Origin: an uncultured Chloroflexia bacterium
Lineage (GTDB): Bacteria; Chloroflexota; Anaerolineae; Anaerolineales; UBA4823
DNA: 64,000 nt
NCBI GenBank assembly: GCA_963793095.1
Contig: CAWBYY010000011.1
Span: 1,151,631-1,215,630, forward strand
Direction: 5' to 3'
The notes beneath the pieces were generated by a model, which worked only from the letters and a program-made list of their open reading frames with translations, was not told the DNA's origin and did no database searches. Position 1 is the first letter of the stretch, and the number at the start of each line of letters is the position of its first letter. The translations under genes were made by a program, and so were the position numbers. Below are positions 42,910 to 52,693 of the stretch, one piece after another.

Positions 42910-44916
42910 TTAGTTCAACATGGTTTGTCCCCCTGTCACAGGCAGTGCCTGTCCCGTTTCATATTCCTGATCCATGATGTACAGCACCGCCTTCAGCACA
43001 TCCTCCACCCGGCAGCCCCTGCCCATCGGGACCTGCTGCTCATAGTGCCTGCGGACATCCTCGATGGTTTTTGCACCAGGTACCTTTCCTGCATTCAGGT
43101 ATTGTATAAATAAGCCATTTTCAGGATCGGACCAGAGGGGTCCCTCGAAAAAGTTACCCGGACAAACGGAATTTACCTTGATCCTGTATGGTGCCAGCTC
43201 CAGGGCAAAGGACTGGGTGAGTCCAATCCCCCCGAACTTACCCCCGGCATAGGCAAAGTTCTTTTTACTGCCGGTCAGTCCCGATTTTGAATTTATCTGG
43301 ATGATGTCCATAAAATATTCGCTGTCATATGCATGCTGCCTTTTCATTATGGCTGAAGCATATTTGGCGCAGTAAAAATAGGCATTGTAGTTGATCTTTG
43401 TGACCAGATCAAAGGTCTTTTCATCCATTTCATCAAGTCCGCCTGCACGCAGTATCCCGGCATTGCTGATAAATACATCGAGTCCGCCAAAAGCCTCCAC
43501 CGTCTCCTTCATAAGATCCTGCAGACTTTTGCTGTCTGACACATTGGTCTTTACAAAAATTGCCTGGTTTTTCCTTTTCAGGCTGTCAAGTGTTTCCTTG
43601 AACTCTTTCCCTGCATCCTCATTGATATCGGCGATTACCACATTGGCCCCTTCTTCGAACAATCCCCTGGCAATGCCTGCACCGAATCCCATGGCGGCGC
43701 CGGTAACAATAATAATTTTTGGCGCTGCTTTCCCCCCGTCCGCATCGCCGGCAGCTGTTTTGCGCCGGTAATTTTCAACCTCCCAGGTATCGATGAACTG
43801 AATATCTTCCGGGCTCATGAAATGTTGTCCGCCGAAGGATTCGCTCAGCCATGAAATCTTCATCATGTCTTCAAATACATCCAGGATGATATCCGCACCG
43901 CTTGCATCGTCTCCGACCGCCACCATGCCGAGTCCCTTGATAAGGATCACCTTCGGCAAAAATCCAAATGCCTTCTCAAATGCAGCGATGTGGGATTGCA
44001 GGTCTCCCAGCATTTCCTCCGGAGGGTCTGTTGCTTCACAATAAATATAATGTGACTTGCAATATACTATGATATCCGGGGTGAAGGGTTTGCTGATCTT
44101 CTGATAATTGCTGGCAGAACGGGTGAAATGTTCAACAAGTGCATTGTTGCGTATCCTCAAAGTCTTGCCTCCGCTCTTTGACAACATCATACGAAGGGCC
44201 GGGAGAATATCAGTAACCCTTCCGTTTACCTCCAGATCCCCTTCCGGAGTATCCTTTTGAATGACAGATCCAACTTTGGAAAAAACCTCCTCGTATGTTT
44301 TATGTATCTCCCCGGTCGTTTCCGCACTTACAAAGATCCCATGATTCTGAAGCAGGATAATGGCCGGATCCTTTCCGGTTTTCTCCCGGTATTCCTGCAA
44401 CTTCTTTTCGACTTCCTTGAAAAGGATGTAACCTGGATCTGTGTATGGGATATACAGGGCTTCCTCTCCAAAGAGTTTTGATACATGGTTCACCACATCA
44501 TTGCCGCACATCAGTCCGTTCACCAGGGTGGGATGAAGATGGACCACAAATCTATATTGTATTAGGTCATGGAGGGATGTTTCAACAGAGGGACGACGGT
44601 CCGGGGTAAGATTGGCATCGGCCAGGTCATCCTTGATCTCACGTTCCCGCTGGAAGGGATCGGATGAATACTCAGCGGATGAAATCCGCTTCAATTTGTC
44701 ACGGTCGAGCATGGCAAAACCACCATCTGTGATATCGGAAAGCGCAAAGCCACTGGCCTTGATCCATATCCTGTCAGGGGTTTTCATTGAGGTATTGCCC
44801 CCTCCGGCAATGACATAACGTTTGTTCTGCCCGTAAAACCGGGAAATATTGTACAAGTTCCTGCAGATCTTCTTGCATGGGTGTATATTATGATGTGAAT
44901 TCCTTAATGACCGCAT
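42910..44916 (-). CDS. bifunctional class II aldolase / short-chain dehydrogenase (RhaEW-like)
   Basis: The N-terminal half is class II aldolase/adducin-like (YVIAGGGNTSMKT...WIKASGFAL, FVVHLHP). The C-terminal half is an SDR (IIIVTGAAMGFGAGIARGLFEEGANVVIADIN, NSKSG...YAGGKFGGIGLTQSFALE). The start is uncertain: the ATG at 44916 overlaps the upstream gene by 29 nt, and the track start at 45036 seems too long. Confidence 0.7.
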   Translation of the reverse strand: MRSLRNSHHNIHPCKKICRNLYNISRFYGQNKRYVIAGGGNTSMKTPDRIWIKASGFALSDITDGGFAMLDRDKLKRISSAEYSSDPFQREREIKDDLADANLTPDRRPSVETSLHDLIQYRFVVHLHPTLVNGLMCGNDVVNHVSKLFGEEALYIPYTDPGYILFKEVEKKLQEYREKTGKDPAIILLQNHGIFVSAETTGEIHKTYEEVFSKVGSVIQKDTPEGDLEVNGRVTDILPALRMMLSKSGGKTLRIRNNALVEHFTRSASNYQKISKPFTPDIIVYCKSHYIYCEATDPPEEMLGDLQSHIAAFEKAFGFLPKVILIKGLGMVAVGDDASGADIILDVFEDMMKISWLSESFGGQHFMSPEDIQFIDTWEVENYRRKTAAGDADGGKAAPKIIIVTGAAMGFGAGIARGLFEEGANVVIADINEDAGKEFKETLDSLKRKNQAIFVKTNVSDSKSLQDLMKETVEAFGGLDVFISNAGILRAGGLDEMDEKTFDLVTKINYNAYFYCAKYASAIMKRQHAYDSEYFMDIIQINSKSGLTGSKKNFAYAGGKFGGIGLTQSFALELAPYRIKVNSVCPGNFFEGPLWSDPENGLFIQYLNAGKVPGAKTIEDVRRHYEQQVPMGRGCRVEDVLKAVLYIMDQEYETGQALPVTGGQTMLN

Positions 44917-46106
44917 TGCCCAGGTCCCGGTAATAATCCTGGTTCTCAACTTCCATATTCCCCTGTCCATTAATAAAACCTTGTTGTCCCCTGGCAAGCA
45001 GGTATTGATGGGCAGCAAGCACACAGCATCCTTCATAGGATATCTTCTTCAGACGGGGAGGCAGGTCCCTGTCCTTTTCCACCTTTACGGTTATGGGGAA
45101 AAGTCCCGGGGAATTGTGCTCTGTCCCAAAAGATATCACATATTTCCTGCCATGGAAAAAGTCAACAAATTCCTCAAGCTTTTCAAGGGAATTCCGCAGG
45201 GGGATCAGTTCCAGGCAGGATACACCAAAGGATTGCAGCACCTCATCCATCCGGTCCCAGTCCCCTTCGAACCCCGTCATATTCCCCTTGGGGTCATCCA
45301 GCAGGACCGGATAACAGGGTATTCCTTTTGCATCCAGGATGAAGTCATATGATCGTTTGAAGGTCAGGAAACGCCTCCTTGTCCTCCGGCACAAAGGCCC
45401 TGCCCCCTGTCTTCAGCAAGACCGAGCGGATCTCATTTTCCACAGCGGAGGGATCATTCAGGGCAGCAGTCAAGGGCCTTCCATCAAACATTGATTCGAA
45501 GAAGCCGTTCTGATCCTCCGGGGAATAATGATCCATCACAGCTTCTCTGATGGCCCTGGCGATATGTCTTTCACGTACCAGCTTATTGGCATATTTTTCC
45601 CTGATCTGCCCATAGTCAATACTGAACCGGGCATTGATCGAACTGAGATGGGCATCTGCCTTTCGTATCATTTCTTTTACCTGGTCCTGGCTGTTCCGCT
45701 GCAGATCCTCGAAAAACATCCTGTTCTGATCAGAGATGGAAAGCGGATGCTTTAATGCCTTCCCGCTGAAATAGGTCCTTCCGGGATTGTTCGGATCGTT
45801 GACGCGTATACCCTGCTCCTGCATATCCAGCATCAGTCCCATGAATTCTATATTGAACAGCGGAAATATCCTGTTCTGCTGTCCCGCCCGGGCAAACTCA
45901 TCATACCCGTCTACCGTGAAGAAATCATTTATCCCGAGGACCTTCACCCCTTCTTCCACGGCCATTCGAAACATCTGTTCAATGCTGTCAAAGGCACAGA
46001 AGGAATTCGGGCTGTGAAGATGTCCGTTCACTTCAGGTACCTGCCGGTCGTGACCGTGCATACCCAGCAGTGCCTCCGGTGCGGGAAGGTTTTGTAAGAA
46101 ATCCAT
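44888..46106 (-). CDS. PHP-domain-like metal-dependent phosphoesterase family protein, function unknown; one frame break near 45365
   Basis: Pieces 45345-46106 and 44888-45394 join as EDKEAF|LTFKRSYDFILDAKG. The N-terminal VNGHLHSPNSF...VKVLGINDFF resembles PHP motifs I and II, with the second His replaced, and FGTEHNSPG lies near the C-terminus. The assignment is tentative. Confidence 0.4.
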
Positions 46107-46129
46107 ATTTTCTGTTTTATGCTTTCATC

Positions 46130-48599
46130 CTAAATTCCCCTCAGGGCCCTCCAGATTTTTTTCTCATCTGTAAAATCATTGCTGACCTTATGCCCTTTCA
46201 GGGGCAGTATCTTTTCATGGATGGCATCCACTATCCATTCGGCCTGGGGAAAGAAATAATCTTCCAGCTCATGTGCCGGGATGATCCAGTTCCTGGAACC
46301 CACAACCACAGGTGGGGCATCCAGGTCATCGAAGGCCATTTCGGTAATGTTCTGTGCCATATCCTTCAGGAAAGAGCCTCTTTCACTGGCATCACTGGTC
46401 AGCAGTATCCTGCCGGTTTTTTCCACCGATTGCAGGACAGGTTCGTAATTGAATGGGACCAGGGTCCGGGCATCGATCAGTTCAACCGACAGGCCATGCT
46501 TCTCCTCGAGGATATCCGCAGCTTCCCTGGCCCGGTAAAGGGTGGCTCCAATGCTCAGTATGGTGATGTCTTTTCCTTCCCTTTTAATATCCGGTTCCCC
46601 GAGGGGGATCTCATAATAACCTTCCGGAACCCCCTCCTTATGGAATTCCTCGCCAATCACCATATATCCGCTGGCTTTCGAAGAAGATCACCGGGTCCGT
46701 ACCCTGCAGGGCAGCATTCATCAATCCTTTTGCATCGTAGGGAGTAGCCGGGAAAACCACCTTGATCCCGGGTATATGCGCCACAAGTGAGGACCAGTCC
46801 TGAGAATGCTGCGCCCCGTATTTGGAGCCTACGGATACCCTGACCACGACCGGCATCCTGATGAGGTTCCCGCTCATGGCCTGCCACTTGGGCAACTGGT
46901 TGAAGACCTCGTCGCCAGCGCGTCCCAGGAAATCACAATACATGATCTCGGGGATCACCCGACCGCCACACATCCCGTAACCGATGGCTGTTCCAACAAT
47001 GGCTCCCTCGGAGATGGGGGAATTGAACAGGCGGTGATAGGGAAGCGCTTCCGTCAATCCGCGGTATACGGCAAAAGCCCCGCCCCAGTCACGGTTTTCC
47101 TCACCGTAGGCCACCAGGGTCGGATCTTTATAGAAGCGGTCGATGATGGCTTCAAACAGTCCGTCGCGCAACTGGTACTGTTTCATTCCCGAGTAAGGTT
47201 TCCCCTCGGCATCAAATGCATACCGCTCCTTGTTCGATATCTGTTTCACCCGTGGATTCTCTGCCATGGGAAGGGATACCTCAGGTTTCCTGTCTTCCAT
47301 CCTATCGATGGACTGGTCAGAGAACATCATTTCACCGATCATTTCCTGCGATTTTACCAGGTCCATTCGTGGTGATATATTGTCATCTATAGATAAGGTC
47401 ATGGCCCATTTGACCAGTTCTGCTGTTTCCTCTTTGATCTTGTTCAGGGCCGGTCTTGCTGCTACCCCTGCATTCATCAGCTCTTCTCCGTAGGTAATGA
47501 TGGAATCGACCCCCTGCCATGCTTCCAGTTCCTCCTTGCTGCGATAGGTTGAGGCATCAGAGGGAGAGTGGCCGCTGAAACGGTAGGTCAGTACATCCAG
47601 GAAAATGGGACCCTGTTTCTGCCGGATCACATCCATTTTCCTGCGATAGGCATCGATCACGGCCAGGGGATTGTAACCATCTACCCGCTCGGCATGCATA
47701 TTATGCTTGTTCAGGGCAGCACCTACGCGGGCGGCAACCTCGTAACCCATGGTTTCACCGCAGGTCTGTCCCCCCATACCGTACTGGTTATTCATGATGT
47801 TGAAGATCAGGGGCAATCCGCCCTTCTGGTCTCCTTCCCAGAGCTGATGGAACTGGTCCATCGTGGCAAAGGCCAGGCCTTCCCAAACGGGACCGCAACC
47901 CAGGGATGCATCCCCGATATTGGCCACCACAATGCCCGGTTTCCGGTTCACCTTCTTGTACAATGCCGCACCCACGGAAATGTCTCCCGAGCCCCCCACA
48001 ATGGCATTGTTCGGATAGATGCCGAAGGGCGTAAAAAAGGCATGCATGGAACCTCCGAGTCCCTTGTTAAATCCTGTCTCCCTGGCAAAGATCTCTGAGA
48101 GCGTGCCATAGATCAGGAAACGAATGGCCAGGGATTTCACATCTCCCTTATGGTCCTTTTCCACGATTCCCAGGATTTGTCCGCCGAAGTATTTCTTCAT
48201 GATATCCATCAGGGAATCATCATCAAGCTTCTGAATGGCCGACAATCCCTTTGCCAGAATCTCTCCATGTGAACGGTGGGATCCGAAGATGTAGTCATCC
48301 TGGTCCAGCAGGTAAGCCATACCCACAGCGGATGCCTCCTGTCCGATGGAAAGGTGGGCCGGACCCGGATGATTGTAGGAGATCCCCTGGTATTCACCCG
48401 TGGTTTTGATCAGGTTAAGCATGGTTTCAAATTCACGAATGATAACCATATCACGAAAAATCCTTAAAAAATCATCCTTGGCAAAATTCACCTTTTCCTC
48501 TTCAATTGATTTATCATAGGCATTTACCGGTATCGGATCTATGTTCAGTGTCCTTGGTTTCCTGATCTGCTCCGGATCTAAAAATTGTCGTTTAGGCAT
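46130..48599 (-). CDS. TPP-dependent 2-oxoacid/acetoin-type dehydrogenase E1 component, fused alpha-beta subunits; one frame break near 46660
   Basis: ORF 46638-48599 holds the E1-alpha region ([12 protein letters not shown]-binding region [35 protein letters not shown]) running into E1-beta ([28 protein letters not shown]). ORF 46130-46663 supplies the E1-beta C-terminus ([21 protein letters not shown]). Confidence 0.8.
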
Positions 48600-48603
48600 T
48601 TTA

Positions 48604-49986
48604 TTATTGTTTTATTAAGTCGTGATCAAATGTTTCAATTTCATTCTTTATCCCGGCCAGCAACAGCGTGGCTGGTCCGCCGTCGAGGGCCCTGTGATCA
48701 TAGGTCAGTGAAAGACCCATGTAAGGCACAAATCCAAAGGCCCCTCCCTCCAGCTGTGCAGGCCGCTGGATGATGGTATTCACCCCCAGTATCCCTGCCT
48801 GGGGCAGGTTGATAACAGGCGTAAACATTTCCACCCCGTAAGCACCCAGGTTGGATATGGTAAATGTTGCTGCTTCGGGCTGCAGCAGGTCCGGATCCAC
48901 ATTGCCGCCCCGGCAGGCTGCCGCCAGCGCGGAAAGCTGGGCCGAGAGTCCGGGCAGCGATAGATCATCCGCATTCCTGAGGGCCGGGACCATGAGTCCA
49001 CGCTCAGTATCCACGGCCATCCCCAGGTGAACCTTCCTGAAATACCGAATGGAATCTCCCAGAAAATGGACGTTTGCGTCCGGATGTTTCTTCAGGGCCC
49101 TGATGAGGGCATAACTGACCATATCATTCAGGGTGATATTGTATTCATAACCTTCCGCTATTAATTTTTTTACCTTTTCCCGGAGTGAAAGGATCTTCCG
49201 GGCATCGGCACCCAGGTGGTGGGTGAGCTGGGCTGAATTTTGAAGGGATGCATGCATGGCCCTGGAGATCAGTTTGCGCATATTGCTGAGCGGCCTGACT
49301 TCTGCATCCTCCGTGAAGGAAAATACCGGAGCCGGTTTGGACTGATCTGCCGGTATCGGGGCCGTGGCTACTTCTCCAGGGGATGGTGCAGCAGCAGGAG
49401 CTTCATCCTTGATTGGCGGTTCTGCAACCGGGGGCTCTTCAGCGGCGGCCAGGGTCTCAAAAGGCGGAATACTTCCATCCATAATGGCCTCAATATCCCT
49501 GACAATGATCCTGCCATTCGGACCGCTGCCCTTGATAGCGTCTATGCTGATTCCCTTATCACCGGCTATTCTGCGGGCCCTGGGAGATATCCTGGTCTTT
49601 CCATCCGGACCCGGCCTAGAGGTTTCCTGCAGGGTGGCTAGGGCCATCCCGGCGGCAACAGTTTCCGGTGCGGTTGACGGTGACTGCTCAGGTGCTGTTA
49701 CAGCAGCGGTATCGGCTCCGAAAACGAGGGGTCTTTCAACCGCTTCACCTGGTTCACCAATAACGGCAACTTCTGCCAGGACAGGTACCTCATCACCTCC
49801 CCCATAGAAAATATCCAGCAGGATGCCCTCTGCCTTGGACTCTTCCTCAAAGGATGCCTTGTCCGTTTCATAGCTGAAAAGAACATCACCAATTGCTACT
49901 TTGTCCCCTTTTTTCTTGAACCATTCCGTAATGATGCAGGTCTCCACCGATTGTCCCTGCTTGGGTAATATTACCGTTGTTGCCAT
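48604..49986 (-). CDS. dihydrolipoamide acyltransferase (E2) component
   Basis: ATG at 49986 ([22 protein letters not shown]). It has a lipoyl domain with ETDKASFE, a Pro/Ala-rich linker, a subunit-binding domain ([28 protein letters not shown]) and the catalytic [12 protein letters not shown]. Only 4 nt separate it from the E1 gene. Confidence 0.9.
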   Translation of the reverse strand: MATTVILPKQGQSVETCIITEWFKKKGDKVAIGDVLFSYETDKASFEEESKAEGILLDIFYGGGDEVPVLAEVAVIGEPGEAVERPLVFGADTAAVTAPEQSPSTAPETVAAGMALATLQETSRPGPDGKTRISPRARRIAGDKGISIDAIKGSGPNGRIIVRDIEAIMDGSIPPFETLAAAEEPPVAEPPIKDEAPAAAPSPGEVATAPIPADQSKPAPVFSFTEDAEVRPLSNMRKLISRAMHASLQNSAQLTHHLGADARKILSLREKVKKLIAEGYEYNITLNDMVSYALIRALKKHPDANVHFLGDSIRYFRKVHLGMAVDTERGLMVPALRNADDLSLPGLSAQLSALAAACRGGNVDPDLLQPEAATFTISNLGAYGVEMFTPVINLPQAGILGVNTIIQRPAQLEGGAFGFVPYMGLSLTYDHRALDGGPATLLLAGIKNEIETFDHDLIKQ

Positions 49987-50002
49987 AGTCAGTGTTTTAA
50001 CT

Positions 50003-50018
50003 ACTTGTATATACAAGT
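50003..50018. promoter_or_regulatory. 16-bp perfect palindrome ACTTGTATATACAAGT, candidate GntR/HutC-type operator for the E2 operon
   Basis: Perfect palindrome read directly from the sequence. Its core GTATATAC fits the HutC-subfamily consensus GT-M-TA-K-AC. It lies between a minus-strand TAATTTTG box (50020-50027) and the E2 ATG (49986). Confidence 0.5.
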
Positions 50019-50019
50019 G

Positions 50020-50027
50020 CAAAATTA
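50020..50027 (-). promoter_or_regulatory. candidate -7 promoter box (TAATTTTG on minus strand) for the E2-E1-PHP-aldolase/SDR-ADH operon
   Basis: Plus-strand CAAAATTA equals minus-strand TAATTTTG, which matches TAnnTTTG. It lies 34 nt upstream of the E2 start. Confidence 0.35.
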
Positions 50028-50119
50028 AGATTATTTATTGAACCACAAAGAGATTTTGTTAAATTGTTAAAACATTTCGTAAAATATTGATTAGCTGTTG
50101 TTTTGAAGTATATTATTAT

Positions 50120-50127
50120 TATATTTG
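50120..50127 (+). promoter_or_regulatory. candidate -7 promoter box TATATTTG for the GntR gene
   Basis: Matches TAnnTTTG 67 nt upstream of the ATG at 50194. Confidence 0.3.
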
Positions 50128-50169
50128 TCAGCACAATACATTACGACTTATCTTTACAATATGTTTCAT

Positions 50170-50181
50170 ATGTAATTACAT
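50170..50181. promoter_or_regulatory. 12-bp perfect palindrome ATGTAATTACAT, second candidate GntR operator
   Basis: Read directly from the sequence. It has the same TGTA-NN-TACA half-site arrangement as 50003-50018 and lies between the candidate promoter box and the GntR start codon. Confidence 0.45.
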
Positions 50182-50193
50182 GTAAAGAAGCTC

Positions 50194-50916
50194 ATGGTAC
50201 ACAAAACAGCATACCGGTTACCCAGGTACAGGGAGCTTTACGAGCAACTGCGACGGCATATTGAGGAAGGGATATATGATCCCGGGGACTTGCTCCCATC
50301 GGAAAATGAATTGTGTGCGGTCAACCAGGTCACCCGTCCCACTGTAAGAAGGGCCCTGGATCTGCTGGCCAACGAAGGATATATTAAAAAGCACCAGGGA
50401 CTGGGATCCGTGGTTCAGCATCCCCCGAAGGGGATCGGCATCTTATCCTTTTCCGGCACCACCTCAGCCATCGGGAAGGATAACCTGAGGACGGTCGCCA
50501 TTGTCAAACCCTATGTCAGGCCATGGCCGGATCAGTTTATTTTTGACCTGATGGATACTGAGCGGGAATCGGGCTGCATCTATTTTGAGCGGCTCAGATA
50601 TGTGAATGACATTCCCGTGTTTTATGACCTCTCCTACCTGCCAAATATTAACCTGCCCCGGTTCACTTCCCGGAACCTGAACAATGCTTCCCTGTTTGAT
50701 ATTTTAAGAGAGCATTACCGGATTGAAATCAAGGGCGGCGTGCAATACATAGAAGCCATCCCTGCCACGAAGAATTGCCAGAGACACCTGGGTGTGGATC
50801 CTGACAGGCCCATCCTGAAATTGCAGAGAAAGCTCAGCACCAACCGCCTGGATTACTCGGTCTATTCAATCCTCTTTTGTAATACTGAAGAGCATAGTTT
50901 GTACGGGGAGTTTTGA
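50194..50916 (+). CDS. GntR-family transcriptional regulator, HutC subfamily (UTRA effector domain)
   Basis: 240-aa ORF. It has an N-terminal wHTH (LPSENELCAVNQVTRPTVRRALDLLANEGYIKKHQGLGSVV) and a C-terminal UTRA-like region. It is divergent from the E2 operon. Confidence 0.85.
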   Translation: MVHKTAYRLPRYRELYEQLRRHIEEGIYDPGDLLPSENELCAVNQVTRPTVRRALDLLANEGYIKKHQGLGSVVQHPPKGIGILSFSGTTSAIGKDNLRTVAIVKPYVRPWPDQFIFDLMDTERESGCIYFERLRYVNDIPVFYDLSYLPNINLPRFTSRNLNNASLFDILREHYRIEIKGGVQYIEAIPATKNCQRHLGVDPDRPILKLQRKLSTNRLDYSVYSILFCNTEEHSLYGEF

Positions 50917-50959
50917 CCCCTGCTATCGGGAGGTTTGTTTATCCAAACAAAAGAAATGG

Positions 50960-51160
50960 GAACTTCTCTGTAAGTGTACAAATCATTGAGTTGACATCCT
51001 CCCCCACGTAAACGAAGGGGATTCCATCGGCTTTTACGAAGCCACGGGCAGTACTTCCTCACGGTTTCCTGCAGGTTCCTGCTTCCGACCACTTATGCGG
51101 TTCGATCCACAGGCCATCCCCGTCTGCCCGACGGTTAAAATGTTTTTGGCAGCATTCACA
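50960..51160 (-). ncRNA. predicted omega (re)RNA region of TnpB; position inferred, not demonstrated
   Basis: In characterised TnpB systems the guide RNA derives from the 3' end of tnpB plus the right end of the element. Here that maps to the minus strand around the tnpB stop (51034) and the terminal motif at 50994-51044. I could not verify any secondary-structure model. Confidence 0.3.
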
Positions 51161-52254
51161 TCTGCATGCTGCTCATATCCGCAATCCAAACATACAAAAA
51201 CATCCTGTGATCTCCTGTTCTCCTTTGATGTATATCCACAACGCGAACATTGCTGGGAGGTGTATCTGTAATCCACTTCAACAAGCTTTCCTCCCTGCCA
51301 GTCAAGCTTGTAATCAAGCTGGCGTCTGAACTCATACCATCCCTGGTCTAGGATGGATTTGTTCAACCCTGCCTTTGACCTGACATGGCTTCCCGGATCA
51401 GCTTCTGTACCCCTGGCCGATCCACTCATGCCCCTTATGTTCAGCCTTTCGACATGCACCCTGGCGTGGCTCTTGCTGGTTTGGGTGCTGAGTTTATGAA
51501 GAAAGTCCAAACGTATACATGATATGGTATGATGAATCCCTGATATCTTCTGTTTTTGTTTTTTCCAGTTCTGCGACCCCTTCAGTGCTCTTGATAGTTT
51601 CCTTTGCTCACGGGCAAGGGCATCTTCATGCCTGCGGAAGCTGTGCACCCCCTCTATCATGGTGCCATCAGAAAACACAGCAAAGCAGTTTATACCAGCA
51701 TCAATTCCTATTGCTGAATTTGAAGGGTGCTTTGGTATATCAATATCCTGTTCAACCTGTATCGATGCATACCACCTGTCCGCTTTCCTGGTTATGGTGA
51801 TATTCTTTACCCTGCCATCAATATCCCTGCTCTTGTGAAACCCCACCCATCCGATCTTGGGAAGAAAGATTCTGCGGTTATCAATCCTGAAACCCTGGGG
51901 AAAGCGGATACCATCACCCCTTCCTTGCTTTTTGAAAACAGGAAGGCGCTTCAGGGGCTGTTTCCGGTCAAAACAATCCCGGAAGGCCCTTTCCAGGTCC
52001 ATCAGCTTCTGTTGCAGAACCTGAGAGGGGCATTCTTTCAGAAAACAATACTCTTCGGATTGTTTCCAGAGCCTCAGCCAGAAGGCAAGTTCATTGTACC
52101 AGAGTATACCCTGTCCCTTTTCAAGGCGCTTAAGGTTCATCGCCAGGGATTTGTTCCAAAGAAAACGCGATGAACCGCAGAAACGAACCAGCTTTGTCTC
52201 GGTATCAAGATTGGTCTTCAACCTTACTTTGTATGCTTTTCGTATATTGGGCAT
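51034..52254 (-). CDS. tnpB: TnpB (OrfB_IS605) RNA-guided nuclease, apparently intact
   Basis: The likely start is the ATG at 52254 (MPNIRKAYKVRLKTN), giving 406 aa. RuvC-like triad candidates are AIGIDAGIN, VHVERLNIRGM and HADVNAAKNI. The zinc finger is CSRCG...CLDCG. The tail KQEPAG is typical. Confidence 0.9.
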   Translation of the reverse strand: MPNIRKAYKVRLKTNLDTETKLVRFCGSSRFLWNKSLAMNLKRLEKGQGILWYNELAFWLRLWKQSEEYCFLKECPSQVLQQKLMDLERAFRDCFDRKQPLKRLPVFKKQGRGDGIRFPQGFRIDNRRIFLPKIGWVGFHKSRDIDGRVKNITITRKADRWYASIQVEQDIDIPKHPSNSAIGIDAGINCFAVFSDGTMIEGVHSFRRHEDALAREQRKLSRALKGSQNWKKQKQKISGIHHTISCIRLDFLHKLSTQTSKSHARVHVERLNIRGMSGSARGTEADPGSHVRSKAGLNKSILDQGWYEFRRQLDYKLDWQGGKLVEVDYRYTSQQCSRCGYTSKENRRSQDVFVCLDCGYEQHADVNAAKNILTVGQTGMACGSNRISGRKQEPAGNREEVLPVAS

Positions 52255-52284
52255 ATACCTTAATTTACTAAAAATAGTCAACTT

Positions 52285-52693
52285 ATGCAAGATACTAGAA
52301 CAAAAAGAGTGTGGTTTTTCACTACACCTGAATTTGGTCTTTGTAACCAAATACCGCAAAAAGGTCTTCAATTCATTAATGACAGAAAAGCTCAAATATC
52401 ATTTCCAATGAGTATGAAATGATATTGGATGCAGGCTTATTGAAGCAAGTGGTGAAGGAGATCATAAGCACCTGCTGATGGATCACCTGCCGCATACAAC
52501 ACCCTTAAGGATTGTCAATGGTCTGACTTGAAAAGGCGCTATTTGAGCAAAGGAGTTTCGTCCGGATTCCTGTGACAGGAATTTCCTGAACTGGAAATGC
52601 ACTAATGGAAAGGGGGATTGTGGTAGCCAAGTAAGTTTGTGCTTATATCCCCTCCCAGAAGTGAAGGGATTTTACGCACATGTGGATAACTAA
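52285..52693 (+). pseudogene. tnpA: IS200-type Y1 transposase TnpA, degraded (frame breaks and stop codons)
   Basis: Recognisable fragments lie in different frames: LHLNLVFVTKYRKKVF (52094-52411 frame), GEGDHKHLLMDHLPHTTPLRIVNGL, then stops, then a tail ending at 52687-52693. No single frame is open across the gene. Confidence 0.7.

Noticed and set aside
46070-46747. 225-aa plus-strand ORF spanning the E1/PHP gene junction
   Set aside because: It is antisense to two well-supported minus-strand genes, crosses their intergenic gap and has no recognisable motifs. It is a shadow ORF.
50935-50950. Hairpin TTGTTT-ATCC-AAACAA after the GntR gene as an intrinsic terminator
   Set aside because: It has a 6-bp AT-only stem and no U-tract on either strand. 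It could equally belong to the IS right-end/guide region, so it is not called as a feature.
51099-51108. GGTTCGATCC, a tRNA T-arm-like decamer
   Set aside because: It lies inside the tnpB coding sequence. No acceptor, D-arm or anticodon arm can be built around it, and I found no tRNA in the window.
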